A stretch of 64,000 nucleotides of DNA. Source: Candidatus Spongiisociaceae bacterium (lineage in GTDB: Bacteria; Actinomycetota; Acidimicrobiia; Spongiisociales; Spongiisociaceae). Below are positions 1 to 9,354 of the stretch, one piece after another. Within the stretch, counting starts at the first letter, position 1. The number at the start of each line of letters is the position of its first letter. The stretch is from NCBI GenBank assembly GCA_965202675.1, contig OZ241842.1:899188-963187 (forward strand). Reading direction: 5' to 3'. The notes under the pieces are model-generated. The model searched no databases, had not been told where the DNA came from, and saw only the letters and a program-made list of their open reading frames with translations. The position numbers were made by a program, and so were the translations under genes.

Positions 1-72
1 GGCGTTGACGCTGCCCAACAGGTAGGCCGCCAGACACAGAACGGCGGCTCCGATGAAGTTCGGATCGTTCAT
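1..72 (-). CDS. plsY: Glycerol-3-phosphate acyltransferase PlsY, N-terminal fragment (gene continues beyond window start)
   Basis: Reverse-complement translation of nt 1-72 gives MNDPNFIGAAVLCLAAYLLGSVNA, which matches the characteristic PlsY N-terminus (…AYLLGS…). Only 24 aa are visible. Confidence 0.35.
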   Translation of the reverse strand, partial: MNDPNFIGAAVLCLAAYLLGSVNA

Positions 73-177
73 ACGGCGCTCACCGGGCGGATTCTATCCC
101 GGCGGTGGTATGATTCCCGCCGGGCCGGACGCAAGACCGCCGGCCGCCCTCCGATCCCCGACAGAAGGCCTGCCCAC

Positions 178-504
178 ATGCCCACCTATGTTTACGAGTG
201 CCGGGAATGCGGGCACCGGTTCGAGATCTTCCAGAGGTTCAAGGCCGAACCATTGCAGACCTGCCCCGAGTGCCGGGAGTCCGCCCTGCGCAAAGTGCTG
301 TTCCCCGCCGGGGTGGTATTCAAGGGCAGCGGGTTCTACGTGACCGACTCGCGGGAGCCGCGCAGCAAGGTCTCCGCCTCGGCCAACGGGTCGAAGGACA
401 AGAAGACAGACGCCGGTGCGGCCGGCGGCAAGGCCGCGGCGGACGCCGGGAGCTCCTCCGCCGGCAAGGCGGCCGCCAAGTCGGGAACCAAACAGGATTC
501 CTAG
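178..504 (+). CDS. FmdB-family zinc-ribbon regulatory protein
   Basis: The N-terminus MPTYVYECRECGHRFEIFQRF…CPECR is the typical CxxC…CxxC FmdB zinc ribbon, followed by a low-complexity K/A/G-rich tail. Confidence 0.8.
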   Translation: MPTYVYECRECGHRFEIFQRFKAEPLQTCPECRESALRKVLFPAGVVFKGSGFYVTDSREPRSKVSASANGSKDKKTDAGAAGGKAAADAGSSSAGKAAAKSGTKQDS

Positions 505-656
505 GGCGGCGTTAACCCTTGGTTGCCGTACGCCGCGTCGCGCGGCAAATCATCCACACACGCGGGCGGAACACCTGCCGCCCCGCCGCAACAACCATAC
601 GCATCTCGGAACCGACTCATTCAGCCGCGGTCTTCTCCTCACCCGCCCCCGCCGTT

Positions 657-909
657 CAAGAACGCGAAAATCCGGCGCACCGCCCCCGGCTTCGCCGGGC
701 CCTGCCCCCGCCTCCACCGCCGGCATCGGATCCATCGCCAGGACAAGCCGCCCTGTACCGGGCGCCGGCGCCCGATCTGCCAAGGTTCCGATAATGACCG
801 CCGCGCGCTCCAGAACCCCGGCGGCGGTGTTTGTGTTTCAGCACACACATAGTATCACAAACCTATGACAAACTCAATACCCTCATCCTGGAATACGAAA
901 AATTCTTGC
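657..909 (+). repeat. Interspersed repeat element copy 1 (type A tail); contains GC hairpin CCGCCGCGC…CCGGCGGCGG followed by TGTTTGTG
   Basis: Shares most of its sequence with 6859-7112 (reverse orientation) and 40562-40824. It shares the 5' half (aacgcgaaaat…ccggcggcggtgtttg) with 13300-13632 and 22110-22432. Confidence 0.8.
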
Positions 910-1025
910 CGACTGCCGGGCTCCTACGCGGAGGGCAAGAACTGCGCATCTGGGATCACAGAAGGCATCGGGAAGGCGCGGCGCATCACGGCAGGCGCAG
1001 GCCGGCGGGAGCGGCGTTGCGAGAG

Positions 1026-1640
1026 GTGATCGGGGTCGTTCTGGCGGGCGGCACCTCCCGCCGGATGGGGACCGACAAGGCCCTGTTCGAGGTGGGGGGC
1101 CGGTCGATGGCCGAATGGGCGGCCGCCGCCATGGAAGCAATCGACACGGTGGTGATAGTCGGCCGCCGCCGGGGTCTGGCCGGCCTCGACGCCCTCCCGG
1201 ACCTCTCATCCGGGGTGAAGGGACCTCTGAGCGGCCTCTACACCGCCCTATCGGTGTTCCGGCGGCCGCTGGTGGTCACGGCGGTCGACCAGCCCCTGGT
1301 GCGGGCGGAGACCATATCCCGCCTGGCCGAGCTGGCCGCCGAGGACCGCACGGCCGTATGCGTCGACCGCCGACCCCAGGTGACCTGCGCCGCCTACGCC
1401 GCCGCCTGCCTGGAAGAAGCCGCCCGCCAAGCCGGAACCGGCGGCTCGATCCAGCAGATGCTGCGCTCAATCCCCTGGACGCGCCTCGAGCCAGAAGTCT
1501 GGTCTTCATGGGGTGAAGACGGCCGCTCCTGGTATTCGATGGACTCCCCGGACGACATCATCGCCGCCGAGCAGCGCTTCCGCCTCGACCTGCTGGGACA
1601 GGGCCGCCCCCGCCGGGGCCGGAGGGAGACCGCGAAATAA
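1026..1640 (+). CDS. mobA: MobA-like NTP transferase (molybdenum cofactor guanylyltransferase family)
   Basis: VIGVVLAGGTSRRMGTDKAL… is the MobA/nucleotidyltransferase N-terminal motif. A GTG at 1026 fits better than the ORF-track start at 831, because the 831 extension lies inside the repeat element. Confidence 0.65.
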   Translation: MIGVVLAGGTSRRMGTDKALFEVGGRSMAEWAAAAMEAIDTVVIVGRRRGLAGLDALPDLSSGVKGPLSGLYTALSVFRRPLVVTAVDQPLVRAETISRLAELAAEDRTAVCVDRRPQVTCAAYAAACLEEAARQAGTGGSIQQMLRSIPWTRLEPEVWSSWGEDGRSWYSMDSPDDIIAAEQRFRLDLLGQGRPRRGRRETAK

Positions 1641-1701
1641 ATCCGGCGGATTCGGCAACAAACCCCTTCCCGTTTACCTCCGAATGTGGTACCTGTGAGT
1701 A

Positions 1702-2238
1702 ATGCTATGGATCGCCCGCCCCCCTTATCTGAGATGGACCGTCATCGGGTTGCTGGTCGTCGTGAGCTTGTGGCTGGAGATCCGGCCCGAGTCCTCGGCA
1801 ACCCACCCATTCCTCACCCGCGACCTGGCGCCGGGAGAACCGGTGGAGAACGCCCTGGAATGGCGCCCGGTGACCGCAGGCATGCTGGAGCCGGTGGCCG
1901 GAACCGGATACGCCGACCGCCGCCTCACTGCCGGCCAGCCGCTGGTCCTGGGCGACACCACGGACGCCCCGGCGGCGGTCCCGGCCGGATGGTGGCTGGT
2001 GGACGTGGACGTCCCGGCGGAGACGGCGGCCGGCGCGCAGGTGCAGCTGGTGATCCTCCCCTCGCCCGGCAGCCGCCCCATGCCCCCGATCGGCGGTCTG
2101 GTTACCGGCGTGCGGCCCGCCGACTTCGCAGACGACGGCTTGATCGGCTCGGTGGCCCTCCCGCCGGACCGAGCCGCCACCGCCGCCGCGGCCATCGCCG
2201 AGGAACGGGTTTCGGTGCTGGTGCGGGCCCGCGGCTAG
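1702..2238 (+). CDS. SAF-domain protein, CpaB/RcpC-like (Flp pilus assembly family)
   Basis: N-terminal TM helix, then a …TRDLAPGEPV…RRLTAGQPLV…VPAGWWLV… pattern typical of the CpaB SAF domain. Confidence 0.45.
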   Translation: MLWIARPPYLRWTVIGLLVVVSLWLEIRPESSATHPFLTRDLAPGEPVENALEWRPVTAGMLEPVAGTGYADRRLTAGQPLVLGDTTDAPAAVPAGWWLVDVDVPAETAAGAQVQLVILPSPGSRPMPPIGGLVTGVRPADFADDGLIGSVALPPDRAATAAAAIAEERVSVLVRARG

Positions 2239-2327
2239 CGGCAGGCTGCGCCTCTTCAGCCGGCCGGAAGCACCCGACCGGGGCCCGTTGAGATCAAAGG
2301 ACCGCTTGCCGACATGGGAGTCCTGTC

Positions 2328-5261
2328 TTACTTGCCGGGGGGCGAGGCCACCGAAGGTTCCGAAGTCCACTGGTCGGCCAGGTACCGAGCAATGGGTTCG
2401 GCGTCCCGCTCGTCTATGCCCAGCAGGACGGCGGCGGCTTGATCGAACTTGCGGCGGCGGGGATCATCGCGGGCTTGGTTGGCGGGTTTCAGGGGCAGCT
2501 CGAACAGGCCGGCCCCGTGTTCTTCTCGGACCCGGCGGGCTCTTTCCAGGAGGGCAGGGTCTCGAAAGTCGGGGATGGTCAGCCCGCAGATATCGTGTAT
2601 CTGGGCTTCTGATCTGCCGCTTTTCTGCCGCTGCGCCTGCATCCAGAAGGACGCGAACCCGAAGATGGAGTTGGACCACACGGCCATCGCGTACCGAACC
2701 AGCTCCCAGTTGGACTGCATGCAGTCATCGGCCTGCCGCGGGCGGAGGCCCGCCCATGCCGCCCCTCCGAGGATTCTGTCCTGCGAGACGACCGCCAGGG
2801 CGGTGTTGCTGGTCCAACGCATGTTCTTTTTGTGGAACAGGTCGGTCTTCTTGTCCAGCTGTTCTCTTACCTTCCTGTGGTCAGCATATTTAATGCCGTA
2901 ATGGGTCGGTTCTATCCGCACCGCGGTTTGCGATTCATGGTCGGTTGCCCAGAGCGAAGTATAAGGGGAGTCTCTATAGGATTTATCGGGGTTGATAGGA
3001 TGAAAGGTAAACGCACCAATCGGTTGGCTTCCGGCGTTGTGCCCTATGGAATGGTGGGTCGGCCCGACATCGAACAAATCGGAAAGTCTCGCTACAGGGA
3101 ATCGGGCTGCGATCCTGTCGTCTACGGTTTGAACACATCCGTTGACCAGCAGCTCGGCGATGGGGACCAAACCCAACAGCCCGGCGGCTCCGGACCCTCC
3201 CCATATGCGGGAGGGCGGGGCAATATACCATCTGCCCGCAATATCGCCGCCCACCTCCAACACTCCCAAATCGCCCGGCTTTGCCCCGGACAGCAGCCGA
3301 TGCAAGCTTCGGGCGGTTTCCGCCGCCTCTACTGCGGAGCCGAAGAGGTTGTCGATGCTGACATAGGCTATCCCCTCCCGGCCCGACCTGGACTTGCGGC
3401 CGGTAACAAGCACCTCCCCCAAAAAGGTGTCGGCCGACAGGGAATGCTGCCCTCCTTCCACCCCCCTGGCGAATGAAGTAACCGTGAGGTCCGTATACCC
3501 ATCCGACATCATGGCCCTGAACCTCTCCCAGCTTCCCGCGGCGGCGCAGGTCAAAGGCAACACCAGACCGATGCGTTTTCCGTCCTTCAGCTTGCGATCC
3601 CCTATAGCGGCAAACACTGAAGCAAGACCCGCCTTGCCGTCGCCGCAGGTATCTTGCGCCAGTTTCCACACCCGTTTCTGCGCCGCCCGCCGGTCTTCGC
3701 AAGATATCCCCGACAGATCGAACAGTTTTTGCCCGCCGCCGGTCCTCGAGTAAGGTGGATTCATCAATACGGCGTCAAATGATCCGTCTTCTGCGCTCAA
3801 TACCGAGATCCCTTCTCCGTTGTCTATCTCCGTTCCTTTCTGGGTGTCGTAGTTGTCGGTGAACAGTCGGGTTTCATGCTCGCCCAACAGCTCCACCGAG
3901 CCGGTGAACACTCCGGCGCCGTTCTCATCGTGAGAGTTGCCTATCTTCGCCAACCCGATATTGGTAGGATTGTAATCGACTTCGGGCCGCAGGCTCACGA
4001 TGCCGGCCGCGGTAAGATGGATCGCGATCGGAGTGATATCCACCCCGCACAGACCCTGCTCTATCATCGCTCTGTGATAATCGTCGAGCGGCGTCTGGCG
4101 CGCCGAAGCAAACTGCTTCAAACGCCTGTAGCCGGCCAGCAACAAGGCACCTGTTCCGCATGCGAAGTCCGCTATCCTCCAATCTCGGCTTTCGCCAGAC
4201 ATCTCCTGCTGTTCGGGAAGGGTCATATATGCCAGATATTCGGCCACTTCGGGGCGGGTGTAGAAAGCGGCGGAGTTCTTGCGCTGCCCGGCATCCATTA
4301 CCCGCGCAAATATTTCCCCTGCCAAGCTGGCAGTCTCGCCCAGAAGGTATTGCTCCGCCTTGTCGACAGCGTCCGCCAAAACAGTGAAGGTGTCCCGGTG
4401 GGAAGCCGGAGGCAGAACACGAGGAAAGGCGTCATACGCAGGACGGAAAACAGAATGATAGTTGACGGCAAGCACCTTTCCCCATTCGTCCTTCACTGCC
4501 CGAGGAAAGATGTTGCCGGTTTCATCCCGACAGGATTCGGTGTTTCCCAATTGCGGATTCTTTCTCGCCAACTCGTTCAAGATCAGCAAAGAATCGAACC
4601 ACACCAGACACGCCACCTGCAAACCCGTTTTGATGTTGTCGGGTGACCCCATCAGGGCGCTTATCCGCTTTTTCTCGTCGAGATGGTTGCCCAACTCTGC
4701 CTCCAAAGAGGTCACCGCTGTCAAAATATAATCTGCCGCGGTGTCAGCAGCAAGATTGATTATTTCTGTATCTGTTACAGTCTTTGTGACACTGTAACAA
4801 AAGTCAGATAATGCTCCCGTCAACCATCCCTTCTCAGGCCACAAGCTATAGTCATCAGCGCTGTTGCCTGAAACGAACTTCCACCGCAATTCCTCTTTAC
4901 CGGTCACGAATCTATTTGCTGCTTCCCCATCCTTCCACTGATTAGCTCCCGGCGGGTAATACACAGCCGCAGCCCTGCGAATAGGTGACGTTCTATCAAA
5001 AGAACCCTGAGCCGATTCAGAAAGAGTGAGCCCCAATTCCTTTCTGGCGTCATCTACCGGATCCCCCGCACCCTCATGGAACTTGCATTCGACCACCACG
5101 GGAGGAGAATTGGGCAGGATCAGCAGCACATCCGGCGACCTGCGCTCTTCAATGAACAACCCTACATTTTCGCTGTTTTTGACAACCCAACTGTCATCCC
5201 ATCCCGATACGGTCCTGATCGCATCCGCGAACCTGTCGTTGAAAGTTGGGTTGCACTTCAT
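2328..5261 (-). CDS. Type IIL/IIG restriction-modification enzyme (N-terminal PD-(D/E)xK nuclease + N6-adenine methyltransferase + C-terminal specificity region)
   Basis: 977 aa. The N-terminus has …PD…VVVECK (PD-ExK-like). Methyltransferase motif I is IADFACGTGALLLAG and motif IV is VLMNPPYS, with a long C-terminal region. The region has visibly lower GC than its flanks. Confidence 0.7.
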   Translation of the reverse strand: MKCNPTFNDRFADAIRTVSGWDDSWVVKNSENVGLFIEERRSPDVLLILPNSPPVVVECKFHEGAGDPVDDARKELGLTLSESAQGSFDRTSPIRRAAAVYYPPGANQWKDGEAANRFVTGKEELRWKFVSGNSADDYSLWPEKGWLTGALSDFCYSVTKTVTDTEIINLAADTAADYILTAVTSLEAELGNHLDEKKRISALMGSPDNIKTGLQVACLVWFDSLLILNELARKNPQLGNTESCRDETGNIFPRAVKDEWGKVLAVNYHSVFRPAYDAFPRVLPPASHRDTFTVLADAVDKAEQYLLGETASLAGEIFARVMDAGQRKNSAAFYTRPEVAEYLAYMTLPEQQEMSGESRDWRIADFACGTGALLLAGYRRLKQFASARQTPLDDYHRAMIEQGLCGVDITPIAIHLTAAGIVSLRPEVDYNPTNIGLAKIGNSHDENGAGVFTGSVELLGEHETRLFTDNYDTQKGTEIDNGEGISVLSAEDGSFDAVLMNPPYSRTGGGQKLFDLSGISCEDRRAAQKRVWKLAQDTCGDGKAGLASVFAAIGDRKLKDGKRIGLVLPLTCAAAGSWERFRAMMSDGYTDLTVTSFARGVEGGQHSLSADTFLGEVLVTGRKSRSGREGIAYVSIDNLFGSAVEAAETARSLHRLLSGAKPGDLGVLEVGGDIAGRWYIAPPSRIWGGSGAAGLLGLVPIAELLVNGCVQTVDDRIAARFPVARLSDLFDVGPTHHSIGHNAGSQPIGAFTFHPINPDKSYRDSPYTSLWATDHESQTAVRIEPTHYGIKYADHRKVREQLDKKTDLFHKKNMRWTSNTALAVVSQDRILGGAAWAGLRPRQADDCMQSNWELVRYAMAVWSNSIFGFASFWMQAQRQKSGRSEAQIHDICGLTIPDFRDPALLERARRVREEHGAGLFELPLKPANQARDDPRRRKFDQAAAVLLGIDERDAEPIARYLADQWTSEPSVASPPGK

Positions 5262-5364
5262 GGTGTTCAGAGTACAGCAGGGGTGTGACAGGATTCAGCA
5301 ACCTCGGCGCGTCAACACACCGCCGCAGGACTCGGCGCGGGAAACCGCAGGCAGACGGCAACGG

Positions 5365-6696
5365 TCAACCGCCTCTTCGGGGCGGTATGAGAACAACCGG
5401 ATCATCGGGTGCTCGAACGGGCCGCGCCGGATGCCGGCTGCCGCCGGGGCGCCAGAGGGTCTGGATGGGCCGCAGGTGGAGCCGGTCGCCGACCGTGACG
5501 GACTGGTTGCCGGTGTGGAGGAGGACGCCTGCTTTGAAAAAGCCGGGGGCAGCGCGGTCGATCCTGTCCCTCAGCCAGCGGACATGGCCCAGCTGGGCGG
5601 CGGCGGGAGACCGGGTTGCCTTAATCTCGAAGGCGGCGACCGACCCGTCGGGTCTTTCCAGGATCAGGTCCACCTCATGGCCCCGATGATCGCGGTAGTG
5701 GTACATGTCGATGCGTTCGGGCGAGGCGGCGATCTGCCGGGCGATCTCATTTACCGCAAACGTCTCGATGAGCGGCCCGGCGGCCGGATGGACGGGCGCG
5801 GCCAGACCATCCGGGTCGGCGCCGATCAGATGCGCCGCCAAGCCGGAATCGGTGAGATATATCTTGGGTCGGCGGACAGCCCTCGCGGTGAGGTTCCGCG
5901 ACCAGGCCGGAAGCCGGACGATCAGGAAAACGGCGTGAAGCCATTCGAGGTACGAAAGTACAGTGGCGCGGTCGATGCCCAGCCTGCGGGAAGCGGCGGC
6001 TGCGTTGGTCTCGCCTCCGCCGAGCGACGCCGTCCACCTCAACAGGCGGGGGAGAGATATTGCCTTGCGGATGCCGGAGAGAGCGGCCAGATCGCGTTGG
6101 ATCACCGTATCCAGGTAACTCTCGAACCATTCCCCCCGTCTGGCCGGGTCGTGGCGAACCGCTTCGGGATAACCTCCCCGGCACAACTGCCGCAGGTATT
6201 CATCCCGGCCGAGATGCTCGAGCAGCGGCGGGCCGGAGAACCCCTCGAACCACCTGCCGACGTCGGGCGGGGAACCGCCGGACAGCTCCCGTTCCGACAG
6301 CGGGCAGAGGCGCAGGATGCGGACCCGCCCGGCCAGGGATTCACTGATAGTGGGAACGGTCAGGAAGTTGGTGGAGCCGGCGAGCAGGAACCGACCGGGA
6401 TCCGGGTCGGCGTCCACGAGCCGCTTGACGGCTCGGACCACCCGGTCGCCGCCGAGCTGTATCTCGTCGACCGCCAGCGGGCGGCGTCGAGCGGCGAGGA
6501 AGGTCAGCGGATCGGCCAAGGCCGCCTCCCGCTCCGCATCGTCGTCGAGCGAAACGTACTCACCGCCCCGTTGCTCGGTTACCAGCCGGGCAAGGGTTGT
6601 CTTTCCGCACTGACGGGCCCCGTGCAGGACGACCGCGCGAAAAGCATCGAGCGCTTCGCCGAGGCGGGGCCGGAGGTGCCTGCCGATCAATTCCAT
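5365..6696 (-). CDS. AAA+ ATPase of the DUF4143 family (COG1373-like)
   Basis: Walker A is GARQCGKTTLARL, with a characteristic C-terminal DUF4143 region. It is a paralog of 43374-44624. Confidence 0.75.
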   Translation of the reverse strand: MELIGRHLRPRLGEALDAFRAVVLHGARQCGKTTLARLVTEQRGGEYVSLDDDAEREAALADPLTFLAARRRPLAVDEIQLGGDRVVRAVKRLVDADPDPGRFLLAGSTNFLTVPTISESLAGRVRILRLCPLSERELSGGSPPDVGRWFEGFSGPPLLEHLGRDEYLRQLCRGGYPEAVRHDPARRGEWFESYLDTVIQRDLAALSGIRKAISLPRLLRWTASLGGGETNAAAASRRLGIDRATVLSYLEWLHAVFLIVRLPAWSRNLTARAVRRPKIYLTDSGLAAHLIGADPDGLAAPVHPAAGPLIETFAVNEIARQIAASPERIDMYHYRDHRGHEVDLILERPDGSVAAFEIKATRSPAAAQLGHVRWLRDRIDRAAPGFFKAGVLLHTGNQSVTVGDRLHLRPIQTLWRPGGSRHPARPVRAPDDPVVLIPPRRGG

Positions 6697-6858
6697 AAGA
6701 GCAACTATAGCCCCTAATCAACAATTTACCGGCTGGCTAATCGACAATTTATCCAGAACCTGTTCCCCAATTTTCCTGATGAGGCTCGGCCCTTCAACGT
6801 CAATACCGGCGTGACGAGCTGCGCAGTTCTAGCTCTCCGTGTAGGAACCCGCCGGTCC

Positions 6859-7112
6859 GCAAGAATATTTTTCGCATTCTGGGATGAGGGTATTGAGTTT
6901 GTCATAGGTTTGCAATACTATGTATGTGCTGACACACTAACACCGCCGCCGGAGTTACGGAGAGCGCGGCGGTCATTATCGGAACCTTGCCAGGCCGGGC
7001 GCAGGCGCCCGAACAGGGCGGCCTGCCCGGGCGGCGGATCCGATGCCGGTGGAGGAGGCGGGGGCAGGGCCCGGCGCAGCCGGGGCCGGTGGGCTGGATT
7101 TTCGCGTTCTTG
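6859..7112 (-). repeat. Interspersed repeat element copy 2 (type A, reverse orientation)
   Basis: Reverse complement of the copy 1 core, including …cacaaacaccgccgccgg…ggaaccttgccaggccgg…. Confidence 0.8.
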
Positions 7113-7188
7113 ATTGATGGGGCGGGTGAACCCGGACGCCAAACCGTCAGCCAAGTCCATGGGAAGTACACCCGGCTAACTTGGCGGG

Positions 7189-7953
7189 ATGCTGGAAGCG
7201 ATCGTGTGGGGGCTGGTGCAGGGGTTCACCGAGTTCCTGCCCGTCTCGTCGAGCGGACACCTGCGCCTCATCCCGGAACTGTTCGGCCTGAACCCTCCCG
7301 GCCTGGCCGCCTCGGCGGTGCTCCACCTGGGGACGCTGCTGGCGGTGGCCGCCTACTACCGGAGCGACATCGCCTGGATCGTCCGGGGTCTGGGCCGGAA
7401 CGCCGCCGCCCGGAGGATTGCCCTGATGCTGGCCGCGGCCACCGTCCCGGCCGCCGCGGCGGGGGCGTTCCTGTCGGAGGCGGTCGGACGGTTCCAGGAA
7501 TCAGCCGCGGCGGTGGGCGCGGCGCTGCTGGCGACGGGCGCCGTGCTGCTGGCGTCGAGGTTCTTCGCCCGGGGGGTCCGCCGCGTCGAGGACGCCGGTT
7601 TCAGGGATGCGGCGGCCATCGGCCTGGCCCAAGCCCTGGCCCTGCTGCCGGGAATATCCCGATCGGGAATGGTGATCACCGCCGGAATGATGCGCGGCCT
7701 GTCGGAGAAACAGGCGGCCCGCTTCGGTTTCCTGATGGCCGTCCCGGTGATCGCCGGCGCCGGAGCGAGAGAAGCATGGTCGGCGGCGGAAACCGGGGCG
7801 TTCGGTCCCGAGCTGATCCTCGGAACCGCGGTGGCAGCCCTTTCCGGCTACTGGGCCGTCTCCCTGCTGCTGAAGACGCTGACCCGCCTTGGCCTCTGGC
7901 CTTTCGCCCTCTACTGCCTGGCCGCCGGAACCGCCGCCCTGGTCTGGACCTGA
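7189..7953 (+). CDS. uppP: Undecaprenyl-diphosphate phosphatase
   Basis: MLEAIVWGLVQGFTEFLPVSSSGHL… is the canonical BacA/UppP start. The protein has multiple TM segments. Confidence 0.9.
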   Translation: MLEAIVWGLVQGFTEFLPVSSSGHLRLIPELFGLNPPGLAASAVLHLGTLLAVAAYYRSDIAWIVRGLGRNAAARRIALMLAAATVPAAAAGAFLSEAVGRFQESAAAVGAALLATGAVLLASRFFARGVRRVEDAGFRDAAAIGLAQALALLPGISRSGMVITAGMMRGLSEKQAARFGFLMAVPVIAGAGAREAWSAAETGAFGPELILGTAVAALSGYWAVSLLLKTLTRLGLWPFALYCLAAGTAALVWT

Positions 7954-8009
7954 GACCACCTCTCTGAAAACCGGCGGCGGCCCGGTCATGCGAAGCGGTT
8001 CAACCCTCG

Positions 8010-9101
8010 TCAGCCGATGCGGAGTTCGGGGTGGGTTCTGATCCGGGGCCTGGTTTCCGCCAGATAGCGCGCCAGACGGTCGAACGCCCGGGCGGCTTCA
8101 CTGCCGGGGGCCGCCGTATTCACCGGTTCGCCGCGATCGGCGCCGGCCCGCATCTCGGGGAGGATGGGGATCTGGGCCAGCAGTTCCACATCGTTCTCGC
8201 GGGCCAGGGCCGCCCCGCCCCCCTCGCCGAAGATGCGGTAGCGCTTGCCGTCGTCCCCGGTGAACCAGCTCATGTTCTCCACTACCCCCACCAGCTTCTG
8301 GTCCACCCGGTCGGCCATCCGCGCCGCGCGGGAGGCCACCCGCCGGGCGGTGGGCTGAGGGGTGGTCACCAGCAGTACCCGCGCCCTGGGCGCGAACTGG
8401 GAGATGGAGATGGCCACGTCCCCGGTCCCCGGCGGCATGTCTATCAATAGGAAGGCCGGGTCGTCCCAGAACACGTCGGTCAGAAACTGCTCGAGGGCCT
8501 TGTGGAGCATGGGGCCGCGCCACACCACCGCCTGGCCGTCCGGGACGAAATAGTCGATGGATATCACCGACACCCCGTGGGCGCGCAGCGGCAGGATCGA
8601 GTCGGCCACCACCACCGGAGGGCCTTCCGCCCCCAGCATCCTGGGGATCGAATACCCCCACACGTCGGCGTCGATCACCCCCACCGTATGGCCCAGGGCG
8701 GCCAGGCTCACCGCCAGGTTGGCGGTCACCGACGACTTGCCCACCCCACCCTTGCCGGAGGAAACCGCCACTGCGTAGGTGGAGGAACCCGGGCCTCCCA
8801 CCGGACGCTTCTCGCCCCGCACCCCGGCCATCAGCTCGGCCCGCTGCTCGTCGCTCATCAGCTCGTGCTCCACCCGCACCGAGCTCACCCCCTCCACCGA
8901 CCGAGCCGCCCCCTCAACCGCCTCGATCAGGGCGTGCCCCGGCTCGCCGGGCACCGGTATCAGCAGGTCGATCACCGCCGCCCCCCGCCGCTTGACCGCC
9001 GCCGACTTCACATATCCCAGGCCGCCCAAGGGCCGCCCCAGGATGGGGTCGACGGCGGCGGCGAGGACGAGGTCCAGCGCTTCGCCCGTTGCTCGGCTCA
9101 T
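8010..9101 (-). CDS. apbC: Mrp/NBP35-family Fe-S cluster carrier ATPase (ApbC) with N-terminal DUF59
   Basis: P-loop GKGGVGKSSVTANLA with …DADVWGYSIPRMLG…, a CxxC region, and a DUF59-like N-terminal domain. Confidence 0.85.
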   Translation of the reverse strand: MSRATGEALDLVLAAAVDPILGRPLGGLGYVKSAAVKRRGAAVIDLLIPVPGEPGHALIEAVEGAARSVEGVSSVRVEHELMSDEQRAELMAGVRGEKRPVGGPGSSTYAVAVSSGKGGVGKSSVTANLAVSLAALGHTVGVIDADVWGYSIPRMLGAEGPPVVVADSILPLRAHGVSVISIDYFVPDGQAVVWRGPMLHKALEQFLTDVFWDDPAFLLIDMPPGTGDVAISISQFAPRARVLLVTTPQPTARRVASRAARMADRVDQKLVGVVENMSWFTGDDGKRYRIFGEGGGAALARENDVELLAQIPILPEMRAGADRGEPVNTAAPGSEAARAFDRLARYLAETRPRIRTHPELRIG

Positions 9102-9354
9102 GTAGTTCGCATCACTCTCGGCGGTGGATTAGGTATCGGCGCGGCCGCCGGCCCGGAGTATATGGCGGCGGGCCGGGCTGCAAAGCGGGCCCATCTGCAG
9201 AGCGGGTCCGGCGCGGATCGGACTCCGCCGGACCGTCGAGGGTATCAGCGGACAGGATATCCGCCAACCCTCTAACATCGGGGAGGCAGAACCCGGACGC
9301 TCTTGGCGCTCCGCGGCGTCTGTTGCGCACAGGACCAGAAACAGGCCGGAGACC

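Noticed and set aside
53-870. Several overlapping ORFs (53-343, 198-515, 416-868, 523-852) around fmdB and repeat copy 1
   Set aside because: Only the FmdB frame has a recognisable product. The others are R/P-rich alternative frames, partly inside the interspersed repeat.
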